From: a virus
Taxonomy: Duplodnaviria; Caudoviricetes
Virus record (IMG/VR): IMGVR_UViG_3300037657_000056
Span: 1 to 40,953 of that record
Length of the DNA: 40,953 nucleotides
Direction: 5' to 3' (one strand)
Part shown: positions 36,844 through 40,953 of the stretch, piece after piece
Numbering within the stretch: the first letter of the stretch is position 1
How the letters are laid out: every line of letters starts with the position of its first letter
Position numbers and translations under genes: made by a program
Notes under the pieces: model-generated
What the model was told of the DNA's origin: nothing
Seen by the model: only the letters and a program-made list of their open reading frames with translations
Databases searched by the model: none

Positions 36844-37070
36844 GACCCCGACGTCCCGCCCCCATCGCGATCACGCACGAGGCGTACATGGCCGAGCCTC
36901 GAAGGTTCGGCGCGCTCGTGAGTGCCGGCGTAGAGGTCACCGTTCTGGACCCCGCGGGCAAGCCGTCCATGGTCATGTCCAATGGCGGCCCGCCCTCTCG
37001 TGAGTGCCGGACGTGCGGCGAGTACGTGGATCAGGACGACGAGGCCGCGGAGGATGAGCATGCCTGGTAG
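36840..37070 (+). CDS. hypothetical protein
   Basis: GTGA overlap. Confidence 0.45.
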   Translation: MRPRRPAPIAITHEAYMAEPRRFGALVSAGVEVTVLDPAGKPSMVMSNGGPPSRECRTCGEYVDQDDEAAEDEHAW

Positions 37071-37602
37071 GCCCATAGCCGCCCTCGGCTCGCTCACCTG
37101 CCCGGAAGGCCCCGTCGAGACGTGGCCCGTCGTCACATGCGAGGGCGTGGAGTGGTTCGTCGCGCCCGTCCTCGTGCAGCCCATTGCCCTCCGTGACGTG
37201 CTCGCGACCGCCGACGCGTGGGAGTGCGAGATACCCTCGCGCGCGCTCGTGGAGGCCGTGTGGCGGGCCGCGGACGTCAAGCTGGACCCGTGGCGCCTCA
37301 CCCGCGTGCCGAACGACTACGCGAACGGACAGAGCCCCGATGCCATCGCCGACCACCGGCGACGCGTCGAGGCTCAACTTGCGGGGCGCTCCCCGAGGCT
37401 CCTCGTCGGCACGGGCAAAGACTTCGTGCTGCACGACGGGCGCCTCGACCTCTACGGGTGGCACCTGCTCACCGGCGAGCCGCTCGAACGCGGGCGCACG
37501 AGCCACGACGAGACGTACCCCGGAGATTACTCCCAGGGGTTACGCCTCGTTCGTCGCGTGGGCTATCACCCGCTGAGGCCTCGCGTCATCGCCGAGCCGT
37601 GA
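37060..37602 (+). CDS. hypothetical enzyme-like protein (KD.V, YGWH, H..Y..DYSQ..RLV)
   Basis: GGAGG RBS; clustered polar conserved-looking motifs. Confidence 0.6.
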   Translation: MPGRPIAALGSLTCPEGPVETWPVVTCEGVEWFVAPVLVQPIALRDVLATADAWECEIPSRALVEAVWRAADVKLDPWRLTRVPNDYANGQSPDAIADHRRRVEAQLAGRSPRLLVGTGKDFVLHDGRLDLYGWHLLTGEPLERGRTSHDETYPGDYSQGLRLVRRVGYHPLRPRVIAEP

Positions 37603-37897
37603 TCTCCCGATGCCGCGCGATGAGCTGCCGAGCCTGTTCGGTCGCCGTCGCGATGTCCCGCTCGATCTCCTCCAAGGTCCGCTCGACCGCATCGGGGCCG
37701 AGGGCGGCCTCGATGGCTGCGAGGTCAGACCCTTGCGCGGTGTCGCCCGAGTCGGCCCATTCGATCGCGTACATGGCCTTGGCAACGCGCGCCATCAGGG
37801 TGCCAAGGGCCCGGCGCTGCGGGACCTCGTCGCGCGAGAGGCGGTCGGCTGCGTACTCGATTTTCGAGTGCAGGTAGTCCCATGATCCGCCGCTCAT
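37586..37897 (-). CDS. phage hypothetical protein (MSGGSWDYL...)
   Basis: End of leftward operon; coupled. Confidence 0.7.
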   Translation of the reverse strand: MSGGSWDYLHSKIEYAADRLSRDEVPQRRALGTLMARVAKAMYAIEWADSGDTAQGSDLAAIEAALGPDAVERTLEEIERDIATATEQARQLIARHREITARR

Positions 37898-38340
37898 GTG
37901 TTCCCAAGCGCCGGATACTCGCAGTTGCGAAGCGCCCAGTCGATCCAGAATTCGAGCCAGAGGAGCCGCGCCAGGTTGCCGTCGTAGCGCGGGTCGGGCT
38001 CGACGTCATAGTCGTTAAAGCCCGCGATCCGCTCCGCCGTCGGCCAAGGCCGCTCTCTCCACGCGAGGAGCGCAGCGCGAACCGCGGCAAGGTCGGAAGG
38101 ACGCAGCAGCGCCACGCCAGGGTGCGACGCCATAAGCGCCCCGCGTTCGCCGAGGAGGGATACCAGGTTGACGTCGCGGCAGAAGTTGGCCCATTGCGTG
38201 TAGCTTGGGCTGCGCGTGCTGCTCGCCTCCTCGCCGGGGAATGACGGCGCATCCGGCGATTCTCCGCCCACCACGGCCCACCGATCTTCCCCTTGCGGCA
38301 TCACCGGCACCGCGTTTCCGATCTTGATCGTGTATCCCAT
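37894..38340 (-). CDS. hypothetical protein (MGYTIKIGNA...)
   Basis: GGAGG RBS; TGATG coupling with YqaJ. Confidence 0.7.
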   Translation of the reverse strand: MGYTIKIGNAVPVMPQGEDRWAVVGGESPDAPSFPGEEASSTRSPSYTQWANFCRDVNLVSLLGERGALMASHPGVALLRPSDLAAVRAALLAWRERPWPTAERIAGFNDYDVEPDPRYDGNLARLLWLEFWIDWALRNCEYPALGNT

Positions 38341-39269
38341 CAGAGCACCTCCATCCCGTCGTCCGTGACATCCGCCGCCGCGAGCGCGCGCAGGTCCTTG
38401 ACCAGCAACCTGCGCTCCCCCGCCTTGCTCGCGCGGTACGTCGCGCGCCAGTGGTCGCACGTGGCCACCGTAGCCCCACGCTCCCCCATCGCCTGTACGA
38501 GCAGGTTGCTCGTGCGCTTCTTGCTCGCCTGGGCGACCTTCTCGGCGCGTGCCGCGTCGCAGCGGTCCACGCCGACCTGTATCACCGGCTGGTCCTCGAC
38601 CACCCAAACGACGTCTTCCCCGCGCGGAGGGTACTTCTCGTCGAGCCACGCGCGCACGCCAGCGCTACCGTCCAACTCGGGTTGGATCCCCGCGATCACC
38701 AACTCGTGGAACTCGTGCGCGGCCCGCACGATGGCCTCCTCGAGGGCGATATCCCGCGGGATGATCCAGCCACGGAACCCCGCGGGGCCGCCTACGCACG
38801 CGATGACGTGCACCTCTGCGAGGTCGGCCACGTGCATCTGCCACGCCACTTGCGCCCTGACGTAGTGCGGTATCCCGTCGTCGGCGAGCAGGTCCCAATG
38901 ACGCGCCATGCCCATGCCCACAAACTTGATCTCCACCGCGGCCGAGCGGTCGGCGATGCGCCCGTCCAGGTTGCAACGTCGCCATCCGTAAACGGGGTGC
39001 CGCACGCTCTCCACGCCCTGACCCTCGCGGAGGATGGTCAGGCCGCTCTGGCGCGCGTAGTGGGCGCAGAGGACGGGTTCCACGAGGTGACCCAACTCCA
39101 TGGCGCTGGAGTCGGGGCTTTCCTCGGGGACCCATTGCCCGGTCTTCTCCAGCCACAACAGGACCGGGCTTTGGTCCTGGTACGGGCTGAGGCCGAGTAT
39201 CGTGGGGATGTCCGAGGAGCCGATGCCTAGGCGGCGCTCGGCGCGTTGTTGGTCGGTCAGGCGGGGCAT
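38340..39269 (-). CDS. YqaJ-family (lambda exonuclease-like) recombination exonuclease
   Basis: RRLGIGSSD, ILG.SPY, LW.EKTG, G...EP, NLDG, EIK, Y..Q...QM. Confidence 0.92.
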   Translation of the reverse strand: MPRLTDQQRAERRLGIGSSDIPTILGLSPYQDQSPVLLWLEKTGQWVPEESPDSSAMELGHLVEPVLCAHYARQSGLTILREGQGVESVRHPVYGWRRCNLDGRIADRSAAVEIKFVGMGMARHWDLLADDGIPHYVRAQVAWQMHVADLAEVHVIACVGGPAGFRGWIIPRDIALEEAIVRAAHEFHELVIAGIQPELDGSAGVRAWLDEKYPPRGEDVVWVVEDQPVIQVGVDRCDAARAEKVAQASKKRTSNLLVQAMGERGATVATCDHWRATYRASKAGERRLLVKDLRALAAADVTDDGMEVL

Positions 39270-39526
39270 GGTTTACCATTCACGTAGTCCCGCGGCGTGA
39301 CCGTGACGCTCTTACTGATGTCGTACGACCACCGCTCAAGCGTGTGCGGGTCCATGACCATCACGGTGAACTGGTCCCTGTCGTCGTCCTCTGCGTATGC
39401 GCCGGCCGCGCCATACGCACCGGCGCCCGGGAGGCACTTCGGGCCCGACCCATACACCGCATTGTCATGGCCGCCGACGTGCACCGGGGCAGCCGAGGTC
39501 ACTTCCCATACCCAGTAGATCTTCAT
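39257..39526 (-). CDS. hypothetical protein (MKIYWVWEV...)
   Basis: GAGGGG RBS. Confidence 0.6.
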   Translation of the reverse strand: MKIYWVWEVTSAAPVHVGGHDNAVYGSGPKCLPGAGAYGAAGAYAEDDDRDQFTVMVMDPHTLERWSYDISKSVTVTPRDYVNGKPCPA

Positions 39527-39585
39527 TTTCCCCTCTCTTCCTTCGATGGGTCTCGCGGCGGCTGACGCGCTGTGGTGCGCATATC

Positions 39586-40581
<996 letters not shown>

Positions 40582-40601
40582 GCCAATCTCCTTCCCCCGG
40601 T

Positions 40602-40629
40602 CAGACGTAGCGGCCTGGGAACTATTCAT
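40602..40629 (-). promoter_or_regulatory. repeated ECF-like promoter P8
   Basis: ATGAAT(40629-40624)-N16-CGTCTG(40607-40602), then GGGGGAAGGAGA. Confidence 0.75.
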
Positions 40630-40874
40630 CACAACTTTGCGACGGCGCGCGCGTGCCCCGCGATGGCCTCCTCCCGGGTCTCGTACCGGTCGCAGAAGGT
40701 CTCGCGCCAGTCGGTCACCTCGCCGTTCGGGTCGCACGGGAAGGCCATGGTCTCCCACCCGTGATCGGCGGTCCAACACGTGGACACCCATAGGCTGCCC
40801 ACGCGGGTAGAGCCCACGTGCTTGGGGGTCGGAAGGGGGAGGTCGTGGGGCACGCGGTCTTGATTGGTTTGCAT
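40629..40874 (-). CDS. phage hypothetical protein (MQTNQDRV...WETMAF), leaderless first gene of the leftward early arm
   Basis: ATG 6 nt after CGTCTA in the inverted repeat; VST.W....WETM.F....RY.T.EEA..GH. Confidence 0.7.
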   Translation of the reverse strand: MQTNQDRVPHDLPLPTPKHVGSTRVGSLWVSTCWTADHGWETMAFPCDPNGEVTDWRETFCDRYETREEAIAGHARAVAKL

Positions 40875-40953
40875 GCCCGATAGACGTCCCCCGCCCCAAG
40901 CCATTCACCCCCCCTCGAGCCCGACCCACACTTTACTCCCACTACCGCCCACC
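40865..40953 (-). repeat. 89-bp perfect inverted repeat, copy B (contains promoter P7 at 40881-40908), truncated by window end
   Basis: Reverse complement is identical to 7542..7630. Confidence 0.95.

Overview
A GC-rich, near-complete tailed (myovirus-type) phage genome fragment. The host is probably a high-GC Gram-negative bacterium; myxobacteria are plausible but this is inference. Left part (1-7600): small divergent gene cassettes, an SF2 helicase, a VRR-NUC nuclease, a primase-less P-loop replicative ATPase with an RHH regulator, an octamer-iteron origin and a ~500-nt G-skewed tract. Then a rightward early operon of small mosaic genes with RecT, a large terminase, a Mu-like head module (DUF935 portal, S49 protease/scaffold, gpT-like capsid) and a contractile tail/baseplate module interrupted by a DUF5664 nucleotide-hydrolase gene. 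These are followed by membrane/lysis genes, a DNA methyltransferase and a glucosaminidase-like endolysin, and a convergent leftward early operon (YqaJ exonuclease, Ala-rich repeat protein). No integrase, transposase, sigma factor, primase, polymerase, tRNA or CRISPR array was recognised. The most notable unannotated structure is an 8-copy, strictly spaced RTGAAT-N16-CGTCTR ECF-sigma-like promoter that heads the early transcription units and often sits 6-7 nt before an ATG (leaderless mini-gene cassettes). An 89-bp perfect inverted repeat makes the two early arms mirror images. Paralogous early genes are built from identical DNA blocks around unrelated variable segments, which suggests a RecT/YqaJ-driven module-shuffling system.
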